Assembly: GCA_002269645.1 (NCBI GenBank)
Contig: NIVC01003757.1
Span: 14,418-78,417, forward strand
Length of the DNA stretch: 64,000 bases
Direction of reading: 5' to 3'
Source of the DNA: Macrostomum lignano
Taxonomy: Eukaryota
Shown here: in pieces, positions 50,221 through 62,609 of the stretch
Layout: each line of letters begins with the position of its first letter
Numbering within the stretch: the stretch's first letter is position 1
Position numbers and translations under genes: made by a program
Notes under the pieces: generated by a model
The model's database searches: none
The model's input: the letters and a program-made list of their open reading frames with translations, nothing else
Told to the model about the DNA's origin: nothing

Positions 50221-50668
50221 CACAGATACTAAATTAACTAGATGGGCCACTCAGGCATATATACTTAGTAAAACAGCTTTCTACTTTCAGTTCAGTAGCA
50301 AAGAAGAATATATAAGCTATTTAAAAAATAAAGGCAGCTGAAATGACTTTGATAAGTTTAGAATCCCAGATTTGCAGGCGTAAACAGCTTGCTAATTGGT
50401 TCAGCAATAATGTACATTGGCCAGTCCACTGAAATGTACATGGCAGCTTTAGGCTGGAATTCCGAGAGAGGCAATAAAAATTTGGGCGGGGTCGGGGAGT
50501 ATCGTGGAACGGCGTGGTTGGAGGGTTTAAGCTGAGGATTTAAGAGCTAATAAATGAGCCTTGGCTTTAAAAGTACATTAAAATGCTTCAGTTTAACTTA
50601 CTACTGAGCTGAAAGTAGCTTACACGCAAATGTGCTGAGTGGCCCATCTAGTTATTCTAGTATCAGTG
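50221..50668. mobile_element. Putative MITE with ~35-bp inverted termini
   Basis: CACAGATACTAAATTAACTAGATGGGCCACTCAG versus CTGAGTGGCCCATCTAGTTATTCTAGTATCAGTG; the core TAACTAGATGGGCCACTCAG is a perfect inverse. Confidence 0.55.
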
Positions 50669-51271
50669 GAAACCTCACAGATTCAACTCGCGGCAATGGA
50701 AATTTATCAAAACATTTACTCAACAAGAATAGATTTTAATACATTATAGCAACAAACCTACCCGAATATTGAGTCGTGTGCGAACAAAATTTAATATAAA
50801 TTGAAGCGAGAACAATCTATGCAAAAGAAAATCTGGGTGCCAGACAATAGAGAAAAACAGCAACAAGTCGGAACACCAAGAGAGTCTCCAAGATAGGCAG
50901 CAATCCAAGAGACACCGCACTACAACAGAAGGCAATTTTTCTTAAAATCGAAACACAAAAAAGGCCCGGAGCCTAGCAAAAATTGTTAATATATGAGTCA
51001 ATCAAATTTAAAAAAAACAATTATCATTTAACAAGCTTATTAATTCATGAGTTGAAACCGAAGCTACGAAAAAATGAAACACTGGGAGACATTGTTAATA
51101 TTAGTCAAGTTGGGTCACGACTTTCTAACCAGTTGGCGAACCAGAATGCAGCGAATGCGATATAAATCTGTTTATGATACTTAAATATAAATTAGCAGGC
51201 TCTTTAATAATCCTATTATTATTCAGAGTGTATTGAAGAACACCTAATGAATTCAATAAAACTGTCTGAAT

Positions 51272-54200
51272 TTACACAACCCGGCGAACTTCAAAGAATC
51301 GCTTCAAATAGAAGACCTGACCGACTGTCATAGCGATGAGCACCAGGGCCTCGAAGAATGACCACAGGACAACGCGGCTGTTTGTGTTGTCGTTAACTGA
51401 AAACAGTTGGCGGTTTTGTGGCTGGCTTTTCATGCTGACGATTTTACGTAGATTATTATCGCGGTCAAGACGCCTGAAGGATCGAGGACAAGGGCCTGAA
51501 GAATCGAGGACAAGGGCATGAAGGATCGAGGACAAGGGCATGAAGGATCGAGGACAAGGGCATGAAGGATCGAGGACAAGGGCATGAGCCATGAAGGATC
51601 GAGGACAAGGGCATGAAGGATCGAGGACAAGGGCATGAAGGATCGAGGACAAGGGCATGAAGGATCGAGGACAAGGGCATGAAGGATCGAGGACAAGGGC
51701 ATGAAGGATCGAGGACAAGGGCATGAAGAATCGAGGACAAGGGCATGAAGGATCGAGGACAAGGGCATGAAGATTCGGGGACAAGGGCATGAAGGATAGA
51801 GGACAAGGGCATGAAGATTCGGGGACAAGGGCATGAAGGATAGAGGACAAGAGCATGAAGGATAGAGGACAAGGGCATGAAGATTCGGGGACAAAGGCAT
51901 GAAGATTCGGGGACAAAGGCATGAAGGATCGAGGACAAGGGCTTGAAGGATCGAGGACAAGGGCTTGAAGGATCGAGGACAAGGGCCTGAAGGGTGAGGT
52001 GAAGGACAAGGGCCTGAAGGGTGAGGTGAAGGACAAGGGTCTGAAGAATCGAGGACAAGGGTTTGAAGAATCGATGACAAGGGTCTGAAGGATCGAGGAC
52101 AAGGGCATGAAGGATCGAGGACAAGGGTCTGAAGGGTGAGGTGAAGGACAAGGGTCTGAAGAATCGAGGACAAGGGTTTGAAGAATCGAGGACAAAAGCG
52201 TGAAGAATTGAGGACAAGGGTCTGAATAATCGAGGACAAGAGCGTTAAGAATCGAGGACAAGGGTCTGAAGGGTGAAGGACAAGGGCATGAAGGATCGAG
52301 GACAAGGGTCTGAAGAATCGAGGACAAGAGCCTGAAAGATCGGGGACAAGGGCTTGAAGGATCAAAGAAAAGAAGGCAGCTAAAGTGCTAGTCAGAACTT
52401 ACTGGAACGATGGATTCGCTCGCGGACCTCCATGTACTCCTGCTCGTGCTTGACAACGGTCAGTGAGGTGGACAGCTGGTTGATCATCTCCTCGAGTTTG
52501 TTGTGGTGCTCGTCAGCGCTCATGTCTTTGCTGTCCTTGGGCTTCTCTCCAATGTCCATGGAGAAGAGCACAATCTTAGGCGTCATAGTGCTCATCTTGT
52601 TGGAGAAGCAGTACTTATAGATTCCGTCCATGTGGGCAGCAAAAGTGTACTTGCCATTGGACTCGCGGTCGCCACTGTACACAACCTTGTTGTCTGGGCC
52701 ATAGAGCTGCGAGTGAATTAAGATTTAAGAGAATAAACCTATCCATTTGCATACTGAAGTAAAGGAAAAGAAATCCTAACACTAGAGAATTGTAGTTAGT
52801 TTTATTTCAGGTTATAGTGAAGGGAAACACACATGTTAGATTTAAACAAAATAAAATATTAACATGTTACTTATATATTATATAATCAAGCCAATAATTT
52901 GAATTAGAGAAACAGTATATTTCTAAGGTAGTACACAATATATTTTTTTAAAAAGGTCAGTGGAGAGTTAAGAGATTCCTCTACAAAAGATCCTTGAGGA
53001 TTTGCAATTGCAATTGGCAAAGAAAGAGAAACAACAAGTATATTTATCTTGAATTGGTAAACAACAAAAACGAAGCAATAAAACTATTTTACTTCAAATA
53101 TTTTTTTATAAAACTGCCTTTAACCTTTTTCCTATACTAATAATAAAGAAGATACTAATAAAAATGGCACAATAAAAGATAGATAGACTTAATCAAGAAA
53201 AAAAGATTATAAAGCCTTTTTAATTGTTTTTAGGTCTTAAAATTATAAGACTTACTTTTTTGGCATATGTTATATCATACTGTTATATCATAAAGTAAAA
53301 TAGTAGTTATACACAAAAGTATGAGAGTTGCCTATAGACAAATTGCCTGCCAAGATTTGCCAGCAGATTTGCATACCAAGATTTGCAAGCAACACATTTT
53401 GCCAGCAGGTGAATTGTGTATAGTGGAATGCCTATAATTTTGTTAAAGGAAGTCTATACTCTAGAAAGCATACATAGAAAATTTTGGCATAAATTTAGTT
53501 TGGCCTAAAAATGGTGGCATGTATGCCATTGGTATATATTTAGGTATTACATATCAAAGGTTGTATGTTGGCATGCTATGGCATGGAATAGCTTGATTTT
53601 ATGGTGTAGAATGTGGCATGGCATGATAGTAGGACATGTCTTATTGAGACAAAAGTTTGTGAAAAGACATTGTTATAAAGAGAAAATTGATTTAGTTTTA
53701 ACAAAAATGCAATAGTTTTGGCCAAAAATGCGACTTACATATAAAATAAACCCTAAAGCAAAATTAATACAACTTTGGGTAAATGGCAGGAGTAACTATG
53801 ACTGTCTTATTAAGGCAAAATGCCTTATCATCTACTTAGTACTACTTGGGTATTTATTTAGGTAGGCATTTTTGCAACTTACCTTGGTTGGCCACCAAAT
53901 CAGTCAACTAGATTGGCCAACTTGGCCAACCGTTGCACATGTATGAATATTAAAATAAAGGCAGTTGTTATTGTTACAGTGACCATATAAATAACAAAAT
54001 GGTTATTTTTTCAGTTAACACATAAGACACTATGCAGGCCTATGGTCTTAATTTATTATAATCGTATAAATAGCAAAACTGTTATTTTTATGGTCACCGT
54101 AGGTAAGAAACAAAATAACTATTTTTATGGTTATATGGAAGAAATTTCTATTAAATTACAAGGTAATAGTAACAATTACCTATAGTGAGCTACCATGACA

Positions 54201-54880
54201 AGAACCACTAGAAGTTACCATGGAATTTATTAATAAAATGTTTCTTTATTTTTTAAATTTAACCATCATAGTATTTGCACAGCAAGTTTGTTTCTTCATA
54301 TAGATGGTATTTGTTTTAAGTGTTAACCATAAAAATAACCGTCTCGCTATTTATACATCACCATAATAATAACAACTGCCTAAAATAAAATAATTGCTTA
54401 GTTGTTTAGTTTAACTAGTTCATTTTACTAATTTTTTTCTAATTCAAAAGTTCTTTTTAATACATCATTTAAATGCTTTTTTAGATAGCCTTTTAAATGA
54501 CAGACCTATTTTTTATAAAAAAACACATTCAAACTTATTAAATATTAGGCCTAAAATATTTTTTGTATAGTATAATAGTATAAGGCCTATTATAAAAATG
54601 TTAGTATAATTAATGATGCACGAATACATGTCATGAGTATAAATGTTGCATATATTGAATAAAAAATATAATCAAAATACACAAAAATAGTTCATCATGT
54701 TTTTACCTTGACATCAATATCCAAAAATCCACCTTCAGCGACCTCAAACATCAATGTCATCTTTGTTCCTGAAACGACTCTATCAAAAAAACATTGTTCT
54801 TCGTTTGCATCAATGGTAATGAAGTAAGCATTGCAGCTAACGAATAAAGCAGAAAACAAAGCAATATACACAGGAGACAT
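51272..54880 (-). CDS. TMED2: Transmembrane emp24 domain protein 2 (p24 beta), about 200 aa; exons 54880-54707, 52706-52403, 51396-51272
   Basis: [94 protein letters not shown] and the [12 protein letters not shown] tail are diagnostic of TMED2. GT-AG junctions, 603 nt in frame. Confidence 0.95.
51475..52362. repeat. 22-bp minisatellite filling TMED2 intron 2
   Basis: (GAAGGATCGAGGACAAGGGCAT)n. Confidence 0.95.
53777..53840 (+). pseudogene. Degenerate 64-nt 28S rRNA fragment spanning helix 69 and the R2/I-PpoI site
   Basis: GGGTAAATGGCAGGAGTAACTATGACTGTCTTATTAAGGCAAAATGCCTTATCATCTACTTAGT versus 28S GGGTAAACGGCGGGAGTAACTATGACTCTCTTAAGGTAGCCAAATGCCTCGTCATCTAATTAGT. Confidence 0.85.
53959..54381. 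mobile_element. Decayed AT-rich MITE in TMED2 intron 1
   Basis: Terminal inverted AGGCAGTTGTTATT / AATAACAACTGCCT, plus an internal inverted pair TATAAATAGCAAAACTGTTATTTTTATGGT (~54065) / ACCATAAAAATAACCGTCTCGCTATTTATA (~54327). Confidence 0.55.
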
Positions 54881-56050
54881 TTTAACCTAATGCTGTCTAG
54901 CAACAAATGTTACTATATATGAGCAGGCTAAGGCAATTGGCTTGAGAACTTAGTACGTAATTTGAGAAAAAATGACGAGTAGGACTTATACCTGTGCAAT
55001 ACCCTGAGTGACGTGGGGTAATTGTCCGTTTGAATTTAGTTTTGTTACCGACATTTCTTTCTCAAAGGCGAAGTTATTTGAGTTAAAAAGCATTGATGCC
55101 TTAAAAATAAAAAATTTTTTTTGTATAAAACGATTTGGAATTCGATACTATTTGTTATAAACTATGTTCTGTTTAGTACTGTTTCTAACGCAAAATTTGA
55201 CTTGAAAAAAGAGTGCACTTTTTCTTAAACGCTAATAAATCACAATTGTATAAATACCATTACAGTCTGATTGTATTCTTGTGGCTACTACTTAACCAGA
55301 TCTACAGAACATAAATCATTTCTAAATTTCACTGTATTCCTTTTTAATGTATTAGTTTTTTTGTAATCATTTTTATCTGGTCGAAAAAATAAGCTTCTGT
55401 TTTTCATTAGTTTTAGTAGCTTCTATATTCTCGATATTCTGGAGCGGCTTGCTTGCTTTTTATATTAATATCACTTGCCAAATATTGATCCTTAATTTAC
55501 TCTAGGCCCTTGGACTACATAGAATCAGTTTGAGACAAATGAACAAACAAATAATAATGTGTAGAATACTACCGCTTTGGACTATAGCTGGAAGGTTTAG
55601 GTTCTTTGTGGATTTTGGGGAACATTTCTTCTTTGTCCTTCTATACTACAAGCTAAATATATAAGAGTGCATAGATGGAGATAGCGTCCAATATCTTAAA
55701 ACCCCTGTAAACCTGAGTTCCAAATGGGATAGTGTGTCTAGAAGAGTAGGAGTGAGAAAAAATTGCAAGAATTTTTTTGTAGAATTAGGTTTTAATGTAC
55801 AATATTTTCGATTTGATGACTATCTTGACACTTGAAATTTTTGGAGCTAACTTGCATCGGCTCTCTTTAATAGTGTTCGATTACTTCGCAATCAATCCAC
55901 GCCAAAATTGACAGTATATTTTTGTGTGGATGTTTACACCATGGCTAGATATCTGAAACACATAGCTAAAAGTAATAATAAATTATTTCCCCTTTATGCA
56001 AAAGACGAGCTATAAAGGCTAAAAAAAGCAGTGGCAATCAACAAGGCAAA

Positions 56051-58959
56051 ATGTCAGTGAAAGCTCTTGGCGTAGCTGAGCAGCAGCCAGGAGGTCAGCC
56101 GCAGCAGCGAAGCCCGGCCAAGACAGCGGCTGCCGCGGGAAAGTCGCAGAAATCCGAGATGGGCTGGCAGCTGGAGCCAGCCAGGAAGAAGCTCACGACG
56201 CTGGAGACTCAACGCATCATGGGCGTCATGATTGACGGCTCAAAGCGAGTTGAACTTCTAGCCGCCCTGCCGGCGCTGCTCCGCAACCTGGACGACTTCC
56301 AGATCGTGCTCGGCGCGCGCTGACCGCCCTGCTGGTCGAGCACGGGAATTTGAGCCGGCAGTTCGACTTGGTCAGCGCTAAGCTGGACGTTATCCACGAT
56401 CGCAAATACGAGGCACCAAAGCCGGTCGCCCTCACTGAAGACTTCTGGAGCCAAGTAAATTTCTGGGCATTGTTTATGCAGTTTTCTGTTTGGATTTCTT
56501 GTGGTATTTTTGTACTAAAGACAATATTGCACAAAATAAAAATGAGCAATACACTTCAGAGCAGGGTTCGGCAAACTTTTTTACCTTAAGGGCCAGATAA
56601 AGAATCCAGCTCATGACTGCAGTCCAGATGAGAGAAAAAAGAAGAGGGAATAGCAGATAAGAGATGAGGGGAGTGGCAAGCTATGGGATGAGAGAGATAT
56701 GAGAGAAGTTAAGAGAGAAGGGAGGAGAAAAGAGAAAGAGAAGGGAAGGTGAGAGAGGAGATTCTCTAAGATTGAGAATTCCTATTAAGACTCTAAGATT
56801 GAGAATTCCTATTAAGACTCTATCCGGCCCTCGGGTTTCAAAGGACGGCTCCCTCTGCACGGATGCGACATCCGTAATGAACTCGATTCCAGTTCAGTCA
56901 ACAGTGATTAATTTTAGAATCCTTCTATCTACGCCAGTGCAAATCAACCCCAACTAATCCGCATTCGCTTAGGAGGCCGAGCCGGAGGCTGATGAAGCGC
57001 CAGTAGTGACGCAGTCCAAGGAGGAGCTGCTTCCCCTGCAGGCCGAGCTGGAGGCTGAGGCCGCCAGCCTGCTGCCGCGGCTGCAGTTCTCAGCCCGAGT
57101 TCTGCTCCGCGCCTTCCGCAGCAACCCGCCAGCCGTGACGGCCGTGCTCCAGTCTGCTAAGCTCAAGCCGCAAACCGAGACCAAAGAGATGCTGGACCGG
57201 ATGGAACACCTGCGCGACATCATGGTTGTGCGCCTGATGACCACACCGGTGGAGAAGCAGGACAAGCTCACCTACCTGCACGAGATGTCCGAGCGCGAAC
57301 GACAGCAAGCTGAGGTGATCAAGAAGCTCGAGGCCGAGCTGAGCGCCGCCACGGCGGATAAAGAGGCGGAGGTCAAGAAGAAGAACGACGTGATTCGCAA
57401 AATCCAATCGGACATCCACCACGTGGAGAAGTACGCCGAGGAGAGCATCAAGAACATTCGAAGCGAGGCCGAGAAGCAGCAGCAGACGGATTCGAAGAAC
57501 AGCGAAGGCAAGGTGCACAAGCTCACTCAGGAGCGCAACCAGCTGCGCACTCAGCTGGACAATCTGATCGCCGAGCACCGCGACTCTGAGCAGCAGCTGC
57601 GCTCGAAGAAGTTCAAACTGGAGACCGAGATTGAGAATATTATTAGCAAATATGACAGCGAGATGGGCACTCGGCAGGTGGGTAGTTTGCCAACGAGTTT
57701 TGCCTTTGCTACCATCAGGCGCCACAAACCAGATTTTTCGCACTAATTGCATTAACTAGATGGGGTATTTTCTTAATTTTGCAATAAATTGCAAAAGGCT
57801 GTGCGCACCCTGGCGCACTTTAAGCGACATTGTCACAAAACCCACACATATCCCCTTGCGCAGGCACACAAGCGCGCGGATACGTACGCAGTCATACGCA
57901 CAGGCACACACTCACACAGGAGTGTACAGCGGCCCTAACTTTATTCATCCCGTTAGGCATGTACACTTCACTGCGCCTTGGGGGTTGGCCCTCAAGGGCG
58001 TTGATTGCACGAGCCGATTCAAGCCGATATTCCAATTTATCCCCAAATTAATGTGACTGCACTTGGAATCGAGCCTGGGCCGCTGGCACATGAGAGCGCC
58101 ACGCTCGACCACTTGGCTACGGCTTAGCAACCCAGTAGGAGTGCTCTAATTAGGCTTATTTTCAAGCGGTACTGTGCAAAGTTCTTACGTGCTTCCCTTC
58201 TCAACCGCACAGGAGGAATACGAAGACGTTGATGCCGCCTACACGGAGGAGAAGAAGCAGCTGTCTGAACTGGAGGAGCGGTTCAAGGTAAGACTAATCT
58301 CACCATTGCATGGTGCTTGAATGCATGTGTTGGAAATTTTTTATAAAATATGCCGGATTTGACAAAAAATTCCGAATTTTGAAGTTCCTTGGGATTATGC
58401 TGTTAAATGACCATAAGGCAAAAAGTAGTGCGCTCGTACAATACAAGGACTTGCGGAATCTTCGCTACTATAAGAAGATCTGTACGTAAAAAAAACATGT
58501 TTTCAGTAAGAGAATAGCGAAGGTGTGCATTAATTTCAAAATCTTTAATGTTTGTTGCAATGTTTTCAATGCTTTAATGATTACGAGCTATTTAGTTTGT
58601 TCAGACAGACTATCCATAGGTGCACCGTATTTTCTAAGAAATTAAACTTTCCTTTTTTCTGCTTTACTTGAGTCGTCATTGAAGCAGACAGTCCCGTGAC
58701 ACTGGAGGAGAACTCGATAAATAGTAAAGCGATTCGCCCTTCCAACGCCCCACCCTACCCGCAGACCCTGGAAGAGGAGTACCTGCAGATCATGGAGGAG
58801 CGCCGCGTCGCCGAGGAGCGCCGTCGGGCGGCCGAGCACGAGATGCAGATGATGATCAGCGCGGCAACCACCATCCAGAGCTTCTGGCGCTCCTACAAGA
58901 TTCGCAAAACGATGCGCGGCAAAAAGAAGAAAGGCGGGGGAGGCAAAAAGAAGAAGTGA
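56051..58959 (+). CDS. DRC10: Dynein regulatory complex subunit 10 (IQCD), about 459 aa once a 1-nt deficit near 56318 is corrected; exons 56051-56454, 56973-57677, 58213-58287, 58765-58959
   Basis: LEPARKKLTTLETQRIM N-terminus, a long coiled coil (KKFKLETEIENIISKYDSEMG, EEKKQLSELEERF), a terminal IQ motif AATTIQSFWRSYKIRK and a Lys/Gly tail. GT-AG junctions. Exon 1 is 404 nt, one base short of frame. Confidence 0.88.
56562..56850. mobile_element. Rearranged hAT-like MITE pieces in DRC10 intron 1
   Basis: CAGGGTTCGGCAAACTTTTTT..AAGGGCCAGATA end, CATGACTGC, a GA-rich tract and then CTCTATCCGGCCCTCGGG in the opposite orientation. Confidence 0.55.
57835..58125 (-). mobile_element. tRNA-derived SINE in DRC10 intron 2
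   Basis: Minus strand has an A-box TAGCCAAGTGG and a B-box GGCTCGATTCC. The body is near-identical to 42770-43015. Confidence 0.8.
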
Positions 58960-59702
58960 AATTTAATTAATTGGTCTTCGTCGTTTATTTACGATGTACT
59001 TTTATTTCTAAGGCTACTTGCTTCGTTCTGACAGTGACGCAACGTTTTCTTCGCTTAATCCCGCATCTTTTCATTTTCTTTTGTATCATTTGCTTCTCTG
59101 TCTTCAAATCCGGCCATACTACCGACTTCTGTACTAACTAAGTAGTATCAGTGAGATTTTTTGCGGAATAAATTACGCGTAGAAATGGTTTTTCTTGCTA
59201 CGGTTTTATGGCCTTCGACGTGTCTTAACAACTTTCTCTTAGGTAGCTGACAGGGTGTTTCGGTGTTGTCCGGACTACAGGCTCTGTTCAAAATACATGC
59301 AGAACAGCGAGTGTCTTTATTTTGATGCGATTATTCATTTCGCCGCCGTATTCAAACAAATCGAAGGCTTCGCTGACAAGCGCTTTTACTCGTAGTGTTC
59401 ATTTTCTTTGACACAAATTAATAATGTTTGTAAAGACGTTGCAATTATATCGCTTTCGCTGTTCAGCAGACCATTTTGACGATTCGGCCTTCTGGTACAG
59501 CTAGATAGGGGATGCAAAGAAACAGAACTAAGACAGCAATTTAAAACGAATAAATATTCTGGCAAAGCGAGAATAAAGCGATGGATTTTATACTGGGTTT
59601 GGAGTTAGAAGCGAAAATTACTGTCAGTTGATTAAGGAATGAGTGATTACTAATAAATATTTAGTCACAACAAACTGACAGCTCATGACAGCTTATGACA
59701 GC

Positions 59703-61406
59703 TCAAGCATCGCCAATGAGGGTCAGCAGAACTCTCTCGTAGTCGCCCGACGTGTCGCCACGGATCATCACGGCGAGACTTTCGCCGTACTGTCGCTGAA
59801 AAGCGGCCTTCACGGCTGGCATGTCAGACTCGCAGAAGCCGATTATGGTTCGCTGCAGGCGCCTGTCGTTCGTGCCCGCGCCCTTCATGCTGCGGTACAG
59901 CATGCCAGCCACGTGTCTGCAAGGTGAAGAGACAGCGTAGACCTAAAATCATACTTTTTTGATGATTCACCCCATTCTAAAAGGCCAATAGGCTCGTAGT
60001 TAAGGGTTATTTCAAAAATCGAAGCATTCGTCACTTCATAAACCGAACACTGGGTTAAAAATAAAGCCAGAAGATGGACACGTGGCGCTACCTACTGCAT
60101 GAACTTCCCACTTGACTAACACGTCACCTCAGAACCGACACTAAACCACAGGGCAATTTGACAGCAGTTAGACTACTTCAACGTATAATTTTTTAGTTGA
60201 ACTTGCCTGGCCGGATCTTCAGCGAATGAGACGACGCTTAACAACGCATTGCGATAGTCGCCGCTGGTCTCCGCTGCGATAGCATCCTGTAGGCCGCGAT
60301 GTCTTTTCTTCTTGTAAGCATCGGCGACGGCGGCGACGTGAGCGGGCGATCGGCTGCACAGCAGGCGGTTCAGGGTGTCCTCGTCTGTGCCAAGACGGCC
60401 CTCGCCTGCTCTGTAGAGCGTCTCAGCGTCTGCAGCCACCGCTTCCGGCCGTACCGGACCCTCCTCGCGACCGGCGGTGAGCAGTGACACCAGCACCTTG
60501 CGGAAGTCGCCGCTGGTCTCTGATCGAACGTCCGACTCCAGGTTTCGATGAAACACTGCGAGTGCAGCGTGGAAGTTAGGGAAATAATTTATAGTTAGAA
60601 ATTATGCAAATTCGAACAGGTAGTCATCGTATCAATACTCACGTCTCTCAAATGCCTCCTTTATAGCTCTGATCTGATAGTTACTTCTGGTCGTCAGGAT
60701 GTCTATCAGCGCCTCTTCATCTGTTCCGACTCCCTATCGCGGACGCAGAAATACGTAATGTTTTCGTACAGATTTAAGATTTTTTAAACCAAAAGCACGT
60801 CTTTTTAAAGACGCACGTCCAAAAGCAAATTTTGGCAAATATGAATAACAGATTTCACCTTTATTCACTTGATATTATGGCTACTCAAGAATACTCATGG
60901 GAATCTACTTTACTGAATAACAAGTGATGCTGTTTCATAAATACAACTACAACTCATGTATTAGTTCGATTTAGGATTGAATTTGCTAATGACTGCTACT
61001 GAAAAAAAACTGCTATAACTACTTGCCCTTGTGAAGCAATCCAAATGCAATGATGTCAACTACATGTATTCGTAGAATGATGATCTGAAAACAGATTTTA
61101 ACTCTATAAAACTCCCACCTCCATTGCCTCGCGCAGGCAGATTGCGTCAAACTCGCAGAGCACGTAGCACAAAGACTTGCACGTTTTGTAGAAACTGCCA
61201 CTGAGCTCAGACTTGAATGCGTCAACCAGCTCCTTGCCGTAGGCGGTCTTGAAGGCGCGCGCGATCTCGGCCCGCTGATGCGACGGTCGTCTAGCCATGA
61301 CGTCAATGATTGTCTTCTCATCCGTGCCGAGGCCTTTCATAGCCTTGTAAAGTCGGCCGGCTTCTGTCTGAGCATTCAATGGCTGGTCGGCTCGAGACAT
61401 GGCCAT
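59703..61406 (-). CDS. Annexin (four repeats, short N-terminus), about 313 aa; exons 61406-61119, 60733-60643, 60555-60207, 59916-59703 (intron 3 is GC-AG)
   Basis: Four endonexin folds: MKGLGTDE..SELSG, MEGVGTDE..SETSGDF, GEGRLGTDE..AETSGDY and MKGAGTND..GDTSGDY. Spliced length 942 nt is in frame. The subfamily cannot be assigned by eye. Confidence 0.93.
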
Positions 61407-62103
61407 GCTGACTGGACAGGTCTTGCTAGTTGATGTGTGCAGAGCAGTGGGCCAAGTTTGTAGCCAAAACTGTTTATTATAAGCCTTAGTTGTAGCTAAC
61501 CTCACGAATTGCGCGCTTTAATGGCGTTAAAACTGGCGCTATTTCACTCAATCGGCAACTGTTGTAACACTAACAGTCCGTAAAGTCGATTTGATAGCCA
61601 TGCTGGACGTTTTTTGCCGTTGAGGTGGAGGGAAGACAACGTACAGGGAAGTCATTGAACAGGCAATGACTTGTTCACTTCTGCACTCCTGCCACCCCAA
61701 TCTGGCATGCACTGGGTGGACACTCCGTACAGTACACGGAGAGGCAAAAATTGCGAATACTGGAAGCCGCGAGTGCGTTCAGCATGCTGCCAGAGCCAAT
61801 GAAATACTGACTGCCTGCTTGCTTGGAACGAATTGTGAAGTGAATCGGGAGGGAGAGAGACGTGGCGATAAAGAATCAGGCATGAGAGAGACAGGGTTGT
61901 ACGATTGTACACAAGAGACTTGCCTAAAAAGCACACGTCTTGATTTTACTATAGAGACTTATAGCTGCCGTTGAAATTGAATTTACCCATATCTGTGGCA
62001 GCCTCTGTATCCAAATATACCGTCAGATTAAGATTAATGCAGTCGAACTGCGATGCATAACAGTCTGCAGTCGATTTGAAGGTCATCTCGCTTTCATCAA
62101 GGG

Positions 62104-62230
62104 CAGGATTCGGCAAACTCCAACCCGCGAAGCTTCTCTATCCGACCCCCCGGGTCTTTTCAAACTTCACAATAGCAATCCGCCCCGTTGATGGTCTATG
62201 TCTCTTCTCAGCTCTCTTCCCTCTAATCTC
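62104..62230 (+). mobile_element. Truncated hAT-like MITE copy
   Basis: CAGGATTCGGCAAACTCC...CTCTATCCG...CAAACTTCACAATAGCAATCCGCCCC...TCTCTTCTCAGCTCTC, matching the 9866 family. Confidence 0.65.
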
Positions 62231-62609
62231 AATAGTGACATTTAGAGACGAAGATATAGACTACGCCGCACCAGTTTCTTTATTCACAGAAACGTAAATT
62301 AAAGCCGATCGGATTCCTGCAGCCAAGTTCATATACATGCAATACGGATCTAAATGCGCCAACTACTCGCGCCGAAATTATGTCCTCTAAAATTCTCATT
62401 ATGGAAAAATGAAATTAGAATGAGAAAATCATTAGAATGAGATTATGGAAGAATGAGAAAATCACAATTTTTTATTCCTAAATTGTTTTCCATTATATTC
62501 TTTTCTAGGAAGATCAGCTCTGTTAGTCAGTCCGTTTCCAATATTAATATTAATATTATTATTATTACTTAATGTATTAGTATTAATACAATTATTTATA
62601 TTTAATAGA

